Origin: Candidatus Altiarchaeota archaeon
GTDB lineage: Archaea; Altiarchaeota; Altiarchaeia; IMC4; SCGC-AAA252-I15
DNA: 64,000 nucleotides
Assembly: GCA_043800255.1 (NCBI GenBank)
Contig: JAZDNF010000008.1
Coordinates: 1-64,000 of the forward strand
Direction of reading: 5' to 3'
A program made the translations under genes and the position numbers. Below, one piece after another: positions 10,011 through 19,457 of this stretch (position 1 is the stretch's first letter; the number at the start of each line of letters is the position of its first letter). The notes beneath the pieces were generated by a model that ran no database searches, was not told the origin of the DNA, and saw only the letters and a program-made list of their open reading frames with translations.

Positions 10011-10409
10011 ATGAAAGAACCTAGACCTGTCAGGGAACTGGCATTAGAGCATGAGCACCATAATCTTGCGAACGACTACTACAGGATCGAGGAGTTCGAC
10101 AAGGCGATAGAACATTACACGAAGGCTTTGAAGCTGAGGCCTGACCTCGTTGAATCCTACTTCAACAGGAGCCTTGCATACACCAGGCTGAAAGACTATG
10201 AGAAAGCCCTTGAAGACCTCAACAAGGTAGACCATCTGGATGCCAGCATACCGGAAGTATATTACACGAGAGGCCTTATTCTGGAGCACCTCAAACACTA
10301 CGATAAGGCGATAGGCGATTACAACAAGGCTCTGGAGTTGGACCCGACGTACACCGAGGCGTTCAACCAGAGGAAGACAGCCATAGTCAAGAAGGCAGAT
10401 CTAAGCTGA
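10011..10409 (+). CDS. TPR protein
   Basis: Three TPRs (AIEHYTKAL, YYTRG, AIGDYNKAL). Confidence 0.85.
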   Translation: MKEPRPVRELALEHEHHNLANDYYRIEEFDKAIEHYTKALKLRPDLVESYFNRSLAYTRLKDYEKALEDLNKVDHLDASIPEVYYTRGLILEHLKHYDKAIGDYNKALELDPTYTEAFNQRKTAIVKKADLS

Positions 10410-10410
10410 T

Positions 10411-10935
10411 ATGCAAAAGCTCCATCTCGTGGTAGACAAAATCCCCGAGTTCCCATACTTTCTCCTGGCATTTGCCTACATGTTCCTCCATCCAGGCCAC
10501 GATTACATACACATATTCGCAGTGGCTTTCCTCTTCGTTACAACGTCTCTGGCAATCGGCATAACATTGAAGCTGGTATGCAAAACCCAGCGGCCTGTAG
10601 AGTACACCACCATAAAGTTCTTCAAGTATGGGTTCCCGTCGCTGCACAGCATGATATCCCTGGGCGCCATCGCCTTCCTGCTGTTCTTGGACGGGTACAT
10701 AGCGCTGCTGCTGCTCCCGGTCGGGGCATTCTACGTGTACTCCAGGATAAGGATGAGATTTCACACGGCGCATGACGTTATAGGCGGCGCTATATTGGGA
10801 CTTTCAGTGGGCGCGATTTTCGGGTACTATGGTTTTGGGATGACCATGCCGCATGTGATTGAGTTCATGTTCGCAGTCCTGTTCTTCGTCCTTCCCATAA
10901 GCTTCAGCATCGCAAGGGTCAGGATGTCCGTTTAG
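10411..10935 (+). CDS. PAP2-family membrane phosphatase
   Basis: K-x6-RP, FPSLHS, SR-x5-H-x3-D motifs. Confidence 0.88.
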   Translation: MQKLHLVVDKIPEFPYFLLAFAYMFLHPGHDYIHIFAVAFLFVTTSLAIGITLKLVCKTQRPVEYTTIKFFKYGFPSLHSMISLGAIAFLLFLDGYIALLLLPVGAFYVYSRIRMRFHTAHDVIGGAILGLSVGAIFGYYGFGMTMPHVIEFMFAVLFFVLPISFSIARVRMSV

Positions 10936-11675
10936 GAGAACTCGACGAGACGGTCCGCTTTTATGGTCTTGCATGTTCTTTTGTTCTTGAAGAAGACCGC
11001 GTTTCCCCTGAGCAGGAGTTCCACGTTGAATGATGGATGTCTCATCCTGAACTCCCTTCTTCGGCAGTGTCTTCCATCGCAGCCTATGCTGTAATCGCCC
11101 GTGGAATAGGCTTTCGTGAGGCAGTATCTGGTCGTCGTCACGTAAACGTATGGATGGTATAATGTGAGATGTCCCGTCCATCCCCTGCTGTTTATCTTAA
11201 TCGGGAAATTGTCAACTTCCACGCGCGAGATGCCGTTCTCCTCCAGGAAGTCCCTGAACCTATCCTGCGACAGGTTAGAGGAGAGGAAGTGTTCTACAGC
11301 AGTTTTTGGAAGCTTTTTCTCGAGTGCGGAAATGCGGGGGTCCCTCTTGAACTTGTGAAGCAGCCTGCCGAGGACAGGTTCAAGATTGCAGTCTCTCACC
11401 AGCTCCAAAACGCCGTAGTCGTTCACAACAACTTCTGTGCCATCAGGCAGCGCCCTTAGCACTCCACTCAGTTTTTTTATCCCAGACTCTGAGACATAAG
11501 GCGTCAGTAGCGTGAAATCCAGCCCCCGCCTCTCAGATGCACTGAGCGCCTTCCTCACATCCCCCGCGCTTGGAATCAGATACTGGCAGAACTCCTCCCC
11601 AAAGTATGCTCTGGAATAGCCATCAAGATTCTCGATTTCCCTGTAATCTCTCACGTGTCTGGCTTTCTCTGTCAT
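10932..11675 (-). CDS. U32-related (UbiV-like) partner protein
   Basis: YFGEEFCQ, EVVVNDYG, LGRLL, TTTRYC; ATGA-coupled to the U32 gene. Confidence 0.7.
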   Translation of the reverse strand: MTEKARHVRDYREIENLDGYSRAYFGEEFCQYLIPSAGDVRKALSASERRGLDFTLLTPYVSESGIKKLSGVLRALPDGTEVVVNDYGVLELVRDCNLEPVLGRLLHKFKRDPRISALEKKLPKTAVEHFLSSNLSQDRFRDFLEENGISRVEVDNFPIKINSRGWTGHLTLYHPYVYVTTTRYCLTKAYSTGDYSIGCDGRHCRRREFRMRHPSFNVELLLRGNAVFFKNKRTCKTIKADRLVEFS

Positions 11676-12655
11676 AGCATCTCCGGATAGTAGCAGTTGT
11701 ACTGCGTGCACGTCCTAATCCTGCCTCCCATAAGGTCATATTCGACAATCCCCTTCACCGTGTCAGTGAACTCGCTCTTCGTCGGGTTCTCATCTAGGAA
11801 ACCTATCAGGAAGCTGGTCAGCCGGACTCCCAAAAGTTTCATCCACAGCGGCTTGGACCTTCCGATAATCTTCACCGAGTGCAAGCCCAGCCTCTTGAAC
11901 TCATACAGTGCGCAGAGCCCGCACTGGAACGCTATGTTATCCATGAAGCCTTGGGGGGAAAGGCATGACTTCGCATAATATTCTATGTTAGATGAAACTC
12001 TGCTGGATGGCGGAACCGGGATGATTTTATAGTCCAGCGAGCATGCGTTCGCTCCGAGGCCGTACTCTTCTGAGCCGTGTTGGAAGGTGCACAGTCCGTC
12101 GCAGTTGGCGCATCTGTTGTATAATATGAACGCTTCGAACTCAACCTTACTCTTGCCTTTCACGACCTTCTTGATCTCATCCACAGTCAGATGCCGGGGG
12201 AGTATTATCCTCCTGACGCCCATCCTCTCATAGAATCCGGCCGCGAGGCTGTTGTACACGTGGGCGACGCTGCTCAGATGAAGTGCAACGTCCTCATAGT
12301 CTTCCCTGAGAAGCCTTAACAGCCCGATGTCTGACACGAGGTAGGAGTCCACTCCAGCTGATAGGGTCTCGTCAACGTATCTTCTAAGGTCCGGAACCTG
12401 CTTTTCAGAATAGTATTGGGCGTTCAGTCCGAGGCTTACCGTTACGCCGAAGTCGTGCGCTATTCCCACAATCTCCTCAAGCTCGCTGATGTCTTTCAGA
12501 TTGGCGTCAGCCCACTCCCTCCTGTTGAGTGAGCCAACTGGAGTGTACTTCCTAATCCAATATCTTGGGAGGTAACCGCAGTACAGTTCAGAAGCTCCTG
12601 CAGATATCAGAAGCTCAGTTTCATGGACTCCGTTCACAGGAGAGGCAACATTCAT
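11672..12655 (-). CDS. U32 family Fe-S protein (UbiU/TrhP-like)
   Basis: GASELYCG, RIILPRHLT, C-x6-C, CGLC, VKIIGR. Confidence 0.85.
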   Translation of the reverse strand: MNVASPVNGVHETELLISAGASELYCGYLPRYWIRKYTPVGSLNRREWADANLKDISELEEIVGIAHDFGVTVSLGLNAQYYSEKQVPDLRRYVDETLSAGVDSYLVSDIGLLRLLREDYEDVALHLSSVAHVYNSLAAGFYERMGVRRIILPRHLTVDEIKKVVKGKSKVEFEAFILYNRCANCDGLCTFQHGSEEYGLGANACSLDYKIIPVPPSSRVSSNIEYYAKSCLSPQGFMDNIAFQCGLCALYEFKRLGLHSVKIIGRSKPLWMKLLGVRLTSFLIGFLDENPTKSEFTDTVKGIVEYDLMGGRIRTCTQYNCYYPEML

Positions 12656-15066
12656 CTCCTGGATTTCAGGCTTCCGAGTTTCTTCTCCTTCTTGGCGATC
12701 AGGAGCCTGGTTTTGAGAACGGTGTCCGGGTTCAAGCTCATGCTGTCTATGCCGCATTCCACCAGGAATTCAGCGAACTCCGGGAAGTCTGAAGGAGCCT
12801 GACCGCATATTCCAATCTTCCTCTTGTGCTTTTTCGCGGTCCTTATGACCTGCGCCACGAGCCTCTTTACGGCATCATTGCGTTCGTCGTAGATGTGGGC
12901 CACGAGCTCGGAGTCCCTGTCCAATCCCAGGGTCAGCTGGGTGAGGTCGTTGCTGCCTATGCTGAAGCCGTCGAACACTCTTGAGAACTGGTCTGCAAGC
13001 ACGACGTTGCTGGGAATCTCGCACATGACATACACTTCGAGGCCGTTCTCACCCCGCACCAGTCCGTTCTTCTTCATCTCTGCTATGACGCTCATGCCCT
13101 CCTTGACCGTGCGGCAGAATGGTATCATGACCTTCACGTTCGTGAGGCCCATCTCGTCCCTCACCTTGAGGAAGGCCTTGCACTCGAGGGCGAACGCGTC
13201 CCTGTATTTCACGTCATAGTATCTGGAAGCCCCCCGCCACCCTATCATCGGGTTGCTCTCCTTCGGCTCGAACAGTTCCCCGCCTATCAGGTTCGCGTAT
13301 TCGTTGCTCTTGAAGTCTGACATCCTCACTATGACGTCCTTGGGATAGAATGCTGCCCCGATTTTCGCCATGCCCTGCGCGAGCTTGTCGATGAAGAACT
13401 GCTCCTTGTTCTTGTACCCGTGAGTCAGCGCGTCTATCTTCTCTATGATGTGCCTGTTCTCCTCCTTCTTTCTTATGGCATTATAGTTTATGAGAGCAAG
13501 CGGGTGAACCTGTATGTACGAGTTTATTATGAACTCCAATCTGGCGAGGCCGACGCCGTCGTTGGGTATGAAGGACTGCTCGAAGGCGTTCTCAGGTATG
13601 CCGACGTTCATCATGATCTTGGTCCTTGTTTTTGGAAGCTTCTTTATGTCAGTCTTCCTGATTTCGAAGGGCAGAAGCCCGTTGTAGACGTTGCCTTTCT
13701 CGCCCTCGGCGCAGGATACTGTCACCTTCTGCCCGCTCTTGAGCACGTGGGTCCCGTTGCCTGTGCCGATTATGCAGGTTATGCCCAGCTCTCTTGACAC
13801 GATAGCGGCATGACACGTGCGGCCGCCCCTGTTTGTAACGATTGCGGACGCTATCTTCATTATCGGCTCCCAGTCAGGGTCTGTCATCTCAGTGACAAGC
13901 ACCTCTCCTTTGCTGAATCTCCTGATGTCGTCAACGTTCTTTATCACGTTCACCGTGCCCTGGCCTATCTTGTCGCCAACGGAGTCTCCCTGTACCAGTA
14001 CCTTACCTCTCTTCTTGAGTATGTACTGCTCGAGGACGTCTTTCTTGTGCTGGGAGTGGACGGTCTCAGGCCTGGCCTGGACGATATAGAGCTTATTTTC
14101 TATGCCGTCCTTGGCCCATTCTATGTCCATCGGCTTTTTGTAGTGGTCTTCTATGATGCAAGCCCACTTTGCGAGCGTGAGTATGTCCTTCTCGTCCAGG
14201 ACGAACGAGTTTCTCTCCTCCTCAGACGTTCGAATGTTCTTTGTCGGGTGCTTGCTGCCGTCTGCAGAGTATATCATCTTGATCTTCTTGGAACCGATTG
14301 TCTTGCTGAGTATTGGCGTCTTGCCTTTCTTCAATGTTGGTTTGAAGACATAGTATTCGTCCGGGTTGACGTTGCCCTGGACGACGTTCTCGCCCAAGCC
14401 CCAGCTCCCTGTTATAAACACGACCTCCCTGAAACCGGATTCGGTGTCCAGTGTGAACATCACGCCAGAAGAGGCCCTGTCAGACCTTACCATCTTCTGG
14501 ATGCCTATGCTCAGGCATACTGAAAAGTGGTCGAAGCCCTTGTCAACCCTGTAGGATATGGCCCTGTTCGTGAACAATGAGGCGAAGCATTTTTTGCAAG
14601 CCTCTATCAGGTGGTATTCTCCCCTGATGTTCAGGTAAGTCTCCTGCTGGCCTGCGAACGAGGCATCAGGCAGGTCTTCGGCAGTTGCTGATGACCTCAC
14701 TGCGACGTCAACCTCACGCCGGTACGGTTTGCACAGTCGCTTATACGCTTTTGCTATCTCATCTCTCAGGTCGTCCGGGAAGCTGGCGTTTATTATCAGA
14801 TCCCTGACCTTCTGACCTCTCTCCATCAGGTTGTCAACGTCTCCGGTATCGAGGTCAGACAGTAGCTCCCTTATCTTCTTGTCTATCCCTGACTCGCGGA
14901 CTAGGTGGCTGTAGGCTTCAGCGGTTATCGCGAAACCGTTCGGCACCTTAATCCCCCTCTTAGTAAGCTTGGAGTACATCTCACCGAGGGATGCGTTCTT
15001 GCCGCCAACCTTCGGGACATCCTGCATGCGCAGCTCATCAAACCAGAGGATGAATTCAGAAGACAT
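12652..15066 (-). CDS. ppsA: Phosphoenolpyruvate synthase
   Basis: VGGKNASLGEM, SFAGQQETYLN, GGRTCHAAIVSRE, SIGSNDLTQ. Confidence 0.97.
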   Translation of the reverse strand: MSSEFILWFDELRMQDVPKVGGKNASLGEMYSKLTKRGIKVPNGFAITAEAYSHLVRESGIDKKIRELLSDLDTGDVDNLMERGQKVRDLIINASFPDDLRDEIAKAYKRLCKPYRREVDVAVRSSATAEDLPDASFAGQQETYLNIRGEYHLIEACKKCFASLFTNRAISYRVDKGFDHFSVCLSIGIQKMVRSDRASSGVMFTLDTESGFREVVFITGSWGLGENVVQGNVNPDEYYVFKPTLKKGKTPILSKTIGSKKIKMIYSADGSKHPTKNIRTSEEERNSFVLDEKDILTLAKWACIIEDHYKKPMDIEWAKDGIENKLYIVQARPETVHSQHKKDVLEQYILKKRGKVLVQGDSVGDKIGQGTVNVIKNVDDIRRFSKGEVLVTEMTDPDWEPIMKIASAIVTNRGGRTCHAAIVSRELGITCIIGTGNGTHVLKSGQKVTVSCAEGEKGNVYNGLLPFEIRKTDIKKLPKTRTKIMMNVGIPENAFEQSFIPNDGVGLARLEFIINSYIQVHPLALINYNAIRKKEENRHIIEKIDALTHGYKNKEQFFIDKLAQGMAKIGAAFYPKDVIVRMSDFKSNEYANLIGGELFEPKESNPMIGWRGASRYYDVKYRDAFALECKAFLKVRDEMGLTNVKVMIPFCRTVKEGMSVIAEMKKNGLVRGENGLEVYVMCEIPSNVVLADQFSRVFDGFSIGSNDLTQLTLGLDRDSELVAHIYDERNDAVKRLVAQVIRTAKKHKRKIGICGQAPSDFPEFAEFLVECGIDSMSLNPDTVLKTRLLIAKKEKKLGSLKSRR

Positions 15067-15087
15067 GTTATAGTATCCGCCTGGATA

Positions 15088-16683
15088 TTAAAATACTGTC
15101 TCACTCAGGATAACATCAGCGAGATTTTCTGCAATAAGCCTGTTACCCTTTAACGTGCAGTGCCCGAAATCTCCTGCAAAACGGTCTATAAAATAATCGT
15201 CATAGCTGGCATTCTCCAACGCCCCTTTGAAGTTCGCCTCGTTGCTCACGAATAGTATGTCGTCATATCCCTCGAACCTCATTTTTCTATCGTCGATTTC
15301 TTTGAGGGGATATTGCATAACAATATGCACTATCCCCCTGTTCTGCAGCATCTCATGCAAGTTTTGATAGTGGTACTCTGTGAGTTCACGAGTGGTATAC
15401 TCCTCCTGTGTCTTGGAAAAAATCCCTCTCCGTTGGAGATATTCTTTAGACTTCTCGTTTGAAACATCCCTGATGCTTAGAATTCGTAGGAATCCGAGAT
15501 ATGCTGTGTTATATGCCTGATTGTTCGGCTCAAGGTCCGAGTTTATAACCTTAAAGAACATCTTCTCAGCGTCATCCAGTCTATTTTGGGATAAATAGAT
15601 GGTTCCCAATCCAGCGTATGCTTCAGGTGTCGGGTTCAATTCTATCGCCCTAAGGAACATCTCCTCGGCGAGAAACATATCCTCAGCATCCATCAAACGA
15701 GATTTGTACGCATAAAAGGCCCCCAACCAAACATAACCTGATGCATTTTCTGGATTCAACTCTATATGCATTTTTAATATTCTTTCAGCGTCTTCTAATC
15801 TTTGGCGATCGTAATAGAAGCTGCACAACACGACATAGTTAAGACCAGAACTTGGATTTAACTCGATGGCTTTTTTAAACATTCGTTCTGCATCATTTGG
15901 GCTGCCATGCTTGCAGAAATAGAGTTGTAGACCCAAATACACTAACTCGTTATTTGGATTCATCTCAAGACCTCTTTTGAACATATACTCAGCATCGTCC
16001 AATCTATCCTGTTTACAATATAGTACCATCAAGCCAGCATATGAGCCTTCATCGTTTGGGTTCAAGTCAATGCTTTTATCGAACATCTCCTCGGCATCCT
16101 CATATCTCTCCTGTAGCAGATACATTACTCCCAGGCCAGCTAGATCGCTCCTCTCCTCTTTGTCCGGAGTGCTCCTTAGCGATGACGAAATCCACTTCCC
16201 TAACTTGTAGACTCTAAACTCCCTAACGAGTAAAGTAATCTTAGCTTCAGGAGTATGCTCGTACAGGACATTCATCCCGAAGAGGATGTCGTTGACTCCC
16301 ATCATAGTAATGACCATGTCCGGCTTATACTCCTCCAAATTTCGTTCAAGATGGGATAATATGTAAACTGTAGTCGCACCGGCAAGCCCTTCATTATAAA
16401 CCGTAAACTTGGTATTCTGACTTCGGTTGTTCAGGATCAGTTCAAGCTGTTCTGGCCATGTGCTCTGACCATTAAGTAGGTTTGCTGTTGTGGACTCGCC
16501 CAAAGCTAGTATGCGATAGGTATCATCTGGTTCGTCTACGATGCTACCGGTTCTATTTCCATATCTTTGTAGTGACAGAACAATGTAACCTCCAAGACGC
16601 AAAGAAAACTCAATGATGAGTAGTGTTAAGAAAATGCTGAACAGTAGCAGGCTAATCTTCTGTTTAACTGTTGTTCTAACCAT
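15088..16683 (-). CDS. Membrane-anchored SGNH/GDSL hydrolase with inserted TPR array
   Basis: N-terminal TM, LGESTT, MGVND, TPRs, C-terminal GDFGH..GNRLIA. Confidence 0.8.
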   Translation of the reverse strand: MVRTTVKQKISLLLFSIFLTLLIIEFSLRLGGYIVLSLQRYGNRTGSIVDEPDDTYRILALGESTTANLLNGQSTWPEQLELILNNRSQNTKFTVYNEGLAGATTVYILSHLERNLEEYKPDMVITMMGVNDILFGMNVLYEHTPEAKITLLVREFRVYKLGKWISSSLRSTPDKEERSDLAGLGVMYLLQERYEDAEEMFDKSIDLNPNDEGSYAGLMVLYCKQDRLDDAEYMFKRGLEMNPNNELVYLGLQLYFCKHGSPNDAERMFKKAIELNPSSGLNYVVLCSFYYDRQRLEDAERILKMHIELNPENASGYVWLGAFYAYKSRLMDAEDMFLAEEMFLRAIELNPTPEAYAGLGTIYLSQNRLDDAEKMFFKVINSDLEPNNQAYNTAYLGFLRILSIRDVSNEKSKEYLQRRGIFSKTQEEYTTRELTEYHYQNLHEMLQNRGIVHIVMQYPLKEIDDRKMRFEGYDDILFVSNEANFKGALENASYDDYFIDRFAGDFGHCTLKGNRLIAENLADVILSETVF

Positions 16684-16694
16684 CTATACCAACA

Positions 16695-18269
16695 TCAGCC
16701 TTCTGTCTGTCTTTCCAATGCGCTTCTGACCAGTCCCACGAAGAGGGGTGCCGGGTTCTCGAGGCGCGATTTGAATTCAGGGTGGAACTGCGACGCGATG
16801 AAGTACCTGTGCTTCGGCAGCTCGATGATCTCCATCAGGTTCCTGTTCGGGTATTTGCCGGAGAATACCATCCCCTTCTGCTCCAGCACTTCTATGTACT
16901 TGGGATTCATCTCGTACCTGTGCCTGTGCCTTTCGAAGATCTGGTCCTTTCGGTAAATGCGATGCGCGACTGTATTCTCCTTTATGACGCAAGGGTATGC
17001 TCCGAGGCGCATCGTCCCCCCTTTCTTGCTTATGTCCTTCTGCTCCGGGAGCAGGTCAATCACTGGGTGCGGGGTATGGGGGTCAGATTCCGTCGTGTTT
17101 GCGTCCTCGAGGCCGCATACGTTCCTCGCGTATTCGATGACGGCGACCTGCATGCCCAAGCATATGCCTAGGAAGGGAACGTTATTCTCTCTCGCATATC
17201 TGACCGCCTCTATCTTCCCTTCAACTCCCCGAGAGCCGAAGCCTCCGGGTACGAGCAGTCCATCGTATTTCCTCAGCTGTTCTGCGTTCATCTCATCCGA
17301 TTCTATCCACTCCAGGTTCACCTTGCACGAGTTCGCCGCCCCAGCGTGCTTGAAAGCCTCCTTTATGCTCAGGTAGGCGTCCTCCAGACCAGTGTACTTT
17401 CCGATTATGCCGATGGTAACCTCCTCGCTGACGTTGTGTACCTTATCGACCAGATGCTCCCACTTTGAGGTGTATGCAGGTATCCTCTTCAAATCGAGCT
17501 TCCTTATGATTATGTTGGCCACGTCCTGCCTGATGAGCTCCAGCGGCAGGTAGTAGATATCCTCAACATCAGGGTCTGAGAGCACGTGCTCCTTAGGAAC
17601 CCCGCAGAAGAGCCCTATCTTCCTCTTGGTGTCGTCCGAAAGCGGTGTACTGCATCTGCCGACTATTATGTCAGGTTGGACTCCGAGGCTCAGGAGCTCC
17701 TTGACGCTGTGCTGCGTCGGCTTCGTCTTCTGCTCCTTCGACAGTATTACCGGGACGTATGACAGGTGTACGAAGATGAAGTTGTTCTCTGATTCCCTGC
17801 TCATCTGCCTCAGGGCTTCTATGAAGATCCTGTTCTCCAGGTCTCCTATCGTGCCGCCGACCTCTATCAGGACGACATCAGTCTTGAACTTTCTTATCCT
17901 CTCCTTTATCTCATCGGTTATGTGGGGGATTATTTGGACGGTCTTCCCCAGGTATTCTCCGTTCCTCTCCTTCTCTATCACAGCCTGATACACGGATCCT
18001 GTCGTCATGTTGGAGTCCTTGGTCAGGTCCATGTTCAGAAAACGCTCATAGTGTCCCAGGTCCAAGTCGGTCTCTGAGCCGTCATCGAGAACGTAGACTT
18101 CCCCGTGCTCGTAGGGGTTCATGGTGCCCGGGTCGACGTTCACGTAGCCGTCGATTTTCAGGGGTATTACGTTGTAGCCCTTGTCTTTGAGAATCCTGGC
18201 GATGGACGCAGCTGTCACGCCCTTGCCCAATCCGCTTAAAACACCACCCGTCACTACGATGCACTTCAT
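16695..18269 (-). CDS. pyrG: CTP synthase
   Basis: GGVLSGLGKG, DPGTMNPYEHGE, GICLGMQ, QFHPEF. Confidence 0.97.
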   Translation of the reverse strand: MKCIVVTGGVLSGLGKGVTAASIARILKDKGYNVIPLKIDGYVNVDPGTMNPYEHGEVYVLDDGSETDLDLGHYERFLNMDLTKDSNMTTGSVYQAVIEKERNGEYLGKTVQIIPHITDEIKERIRKFKTDVVLIEVGGTIGDLENRIFIEALRQMSRESENNFIFVHLSYVPVILSKEQKTKPTQHSVKELLSLGVQPDIIVGRCSTPLSDDTKRKIGLFCGVPKEHVLSDPDVEDIYYLPLELIRQDVANIIIRKLDLKRIPAYTSKWEHLVDKVHNVSEEVTIGIIGKYTGLEDAYLSIKEAFKHAGAANSCKVNLEWIESDEMNAEQLRKYDGLLVPGGFGSRGVEGKIEAVRYARENNVPFLGICLGMQVAVIEYARNVCGLEDANTTESDPHTPHPVIDLLPEQKDISKKGGTMRLGAYPCVIKENTVAHRIYRKDQIFERHRHRYEMNPKYIEVLEQKGMVFSGKYPNRNLMEIIELPKHRYFIASQFHPEFKSRLENPAPLFVGLVRSALERQTEG

Positions 18270-18308
18270 AACAACGGGTTAATAATAGGGCAGTACGAAT
18301 AAAAATAG

Positions 18309-18761
18309 CTACCTGAGGACTTCCCCGTCGAGGGCGAGGTGGCTTATGAAGCCAATGAACGCCGCCGCTGCTATCATCGGCGCGAGAAGGTACAGTGGAG
18401 CTGAGAGTATAAGCCCGGCAACCGGTGTGTGTAGTATCCCCCTGTGCTTCACGAACCATAGTATGTACAGCATGGAAGAGAGGCTAAGCGATATGTACAG
18501 CAGCCGGTTGTCTCCGTACCCGATGAGGTAAATGATGAGCGATGCTAGGGTGACGCTGAGAAACAGCTTCGCTACCACCCTCCTCATCCTGCTTGAAGGC
18601 GTGTCCAGGTCAGGCAGCAGCGAGTAAAGCGCCCCGAAAGCGACTGCAGGTATTATGGAATAGATGCTAGCATCTACTATCAGATGAAAGTGGTAGATAG
18701 CTGATACTACTAGGAGGGCTGTCAGAAGGTAGCCTATGAGGTGAGTCTGGTATCCTGGCAT
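18309..18761 (-). CDS. Membrane metal-dependent hydrolase (YdjM-like)
   Basis: TH, LPDLD, HRGILH, SHLALD motifs. Confidence 0.85.
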   Translation of the reverse strand: MPGYQTHLIGYLLTALLVVSAIYHFHLIVDASIYSIIPAVAFGALYSLLPDLDTPSSRMRRVVAKLFLSVTLASLIIYLIGYGDNRLLYISLSLSSMLYILWFVKHRGILHTPVAGLILSAPLYLLAPMIAAAAFIGFISHLALDGEVLR

Positions 18762-18789
18762 TTTTCAATCAGAAGACGTTATATATACT

Positions 18790-19059
18790 GTGATCCCAAC
18801 GCAAAAAACGAGGTCTAAGCCCAGGGTAATGGAGAAGGAGCCTGCTGAAAAGGAACTCCATGATGAGTTAATCCTGCAGGAGATCAAGCCCATGTCGCCG
18901 GTTGATGCCCTGGAGACTGAGAAGAAGCTTAAGCCTACGAGCGAATTCTACGCGTCAAACAGGAAGCAGAGGATTTCGGCTGATGGGAGCGATGATAGCG
19001 ACTCTGACGATGACGGGAAATCCCAGAAGAAGACTGTTTCAGGGGACGAGAAAGGGTAA
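18790..19059 (+). CDS. Hypothetical low-complexity protein
   Basis: 89-aa hydrophilic ORF with acidic tail; start uncertain. Confidence 0.45.
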   Translation: MIPTQKTRSKPRVMEKEPAEKELHDELILQEIKPMSPVDALETEKKLKPTSEFYASNRKQRISADGSDDSDSDDDGKSQKKTVSGDEKG

Positions 19060-19090
19060 TTGTCTTGTAGGATACATCTATCCAACTAGA

Positions 19091-19106
19091 GAAAACTTTT
19101 TATATA
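19091..19106 (+). promoter_or_regulatory. BRE/TATA promoter of the candidate ncRNA
   Basis: GAAAACTTTTTATATA ~25 nt upstream of the 14-bp closing stem. Confidence 0.6.
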
Positions 19107-19127
19107 CTCAAACGTATAGTTAATTCC

Positions 19128-19339
19128 TCTCTAAAAGAGTGTGGGGATATTAGGCGTCCCATTGGATGACATCCCATAGGATAACATTTATAGGGATTTA
19201 TCCAGTCGGCTTCGGCTGAGTACTCGTAAGAGTGATGCGATGTTAACCTCAGTCTAGAACTGGTGGTTAGCTGATGGGAGCCATTCTCGGATGGCGGGTT
19301 CCTAGAACCCAGCTTAACCCTATATCGCTCTTTTGGAGA
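19128..19339 (+). ncRNA. Candidate structured ncRNA, family unknown
   Basis: 14-bp terminal stem with G-U pairs on the + strand, several internal helices, upstream TATA, downstream T-tract, no ORF. Confidence 0.6.
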
Positions 19340-19457
19340 ATTTTCTATTTTTGTTTGTCTGCCTTCCTCTGATTTTTATTTCCTGAATACTATAGTATAC
19401 TCTGGTCGGGGGTGATTGGTTTTTCGTCCGACATCAGCGGGTATACTCATTGTCAAA

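Noticed and set aside
19300-19317. AGAACCCAGCTTA resembles RNase P RNA CR-V
   Set aside because: No matching CR-I (GAGGAAAGTCC-like) P4 partner upstream, so it is not called RNase P RNA.
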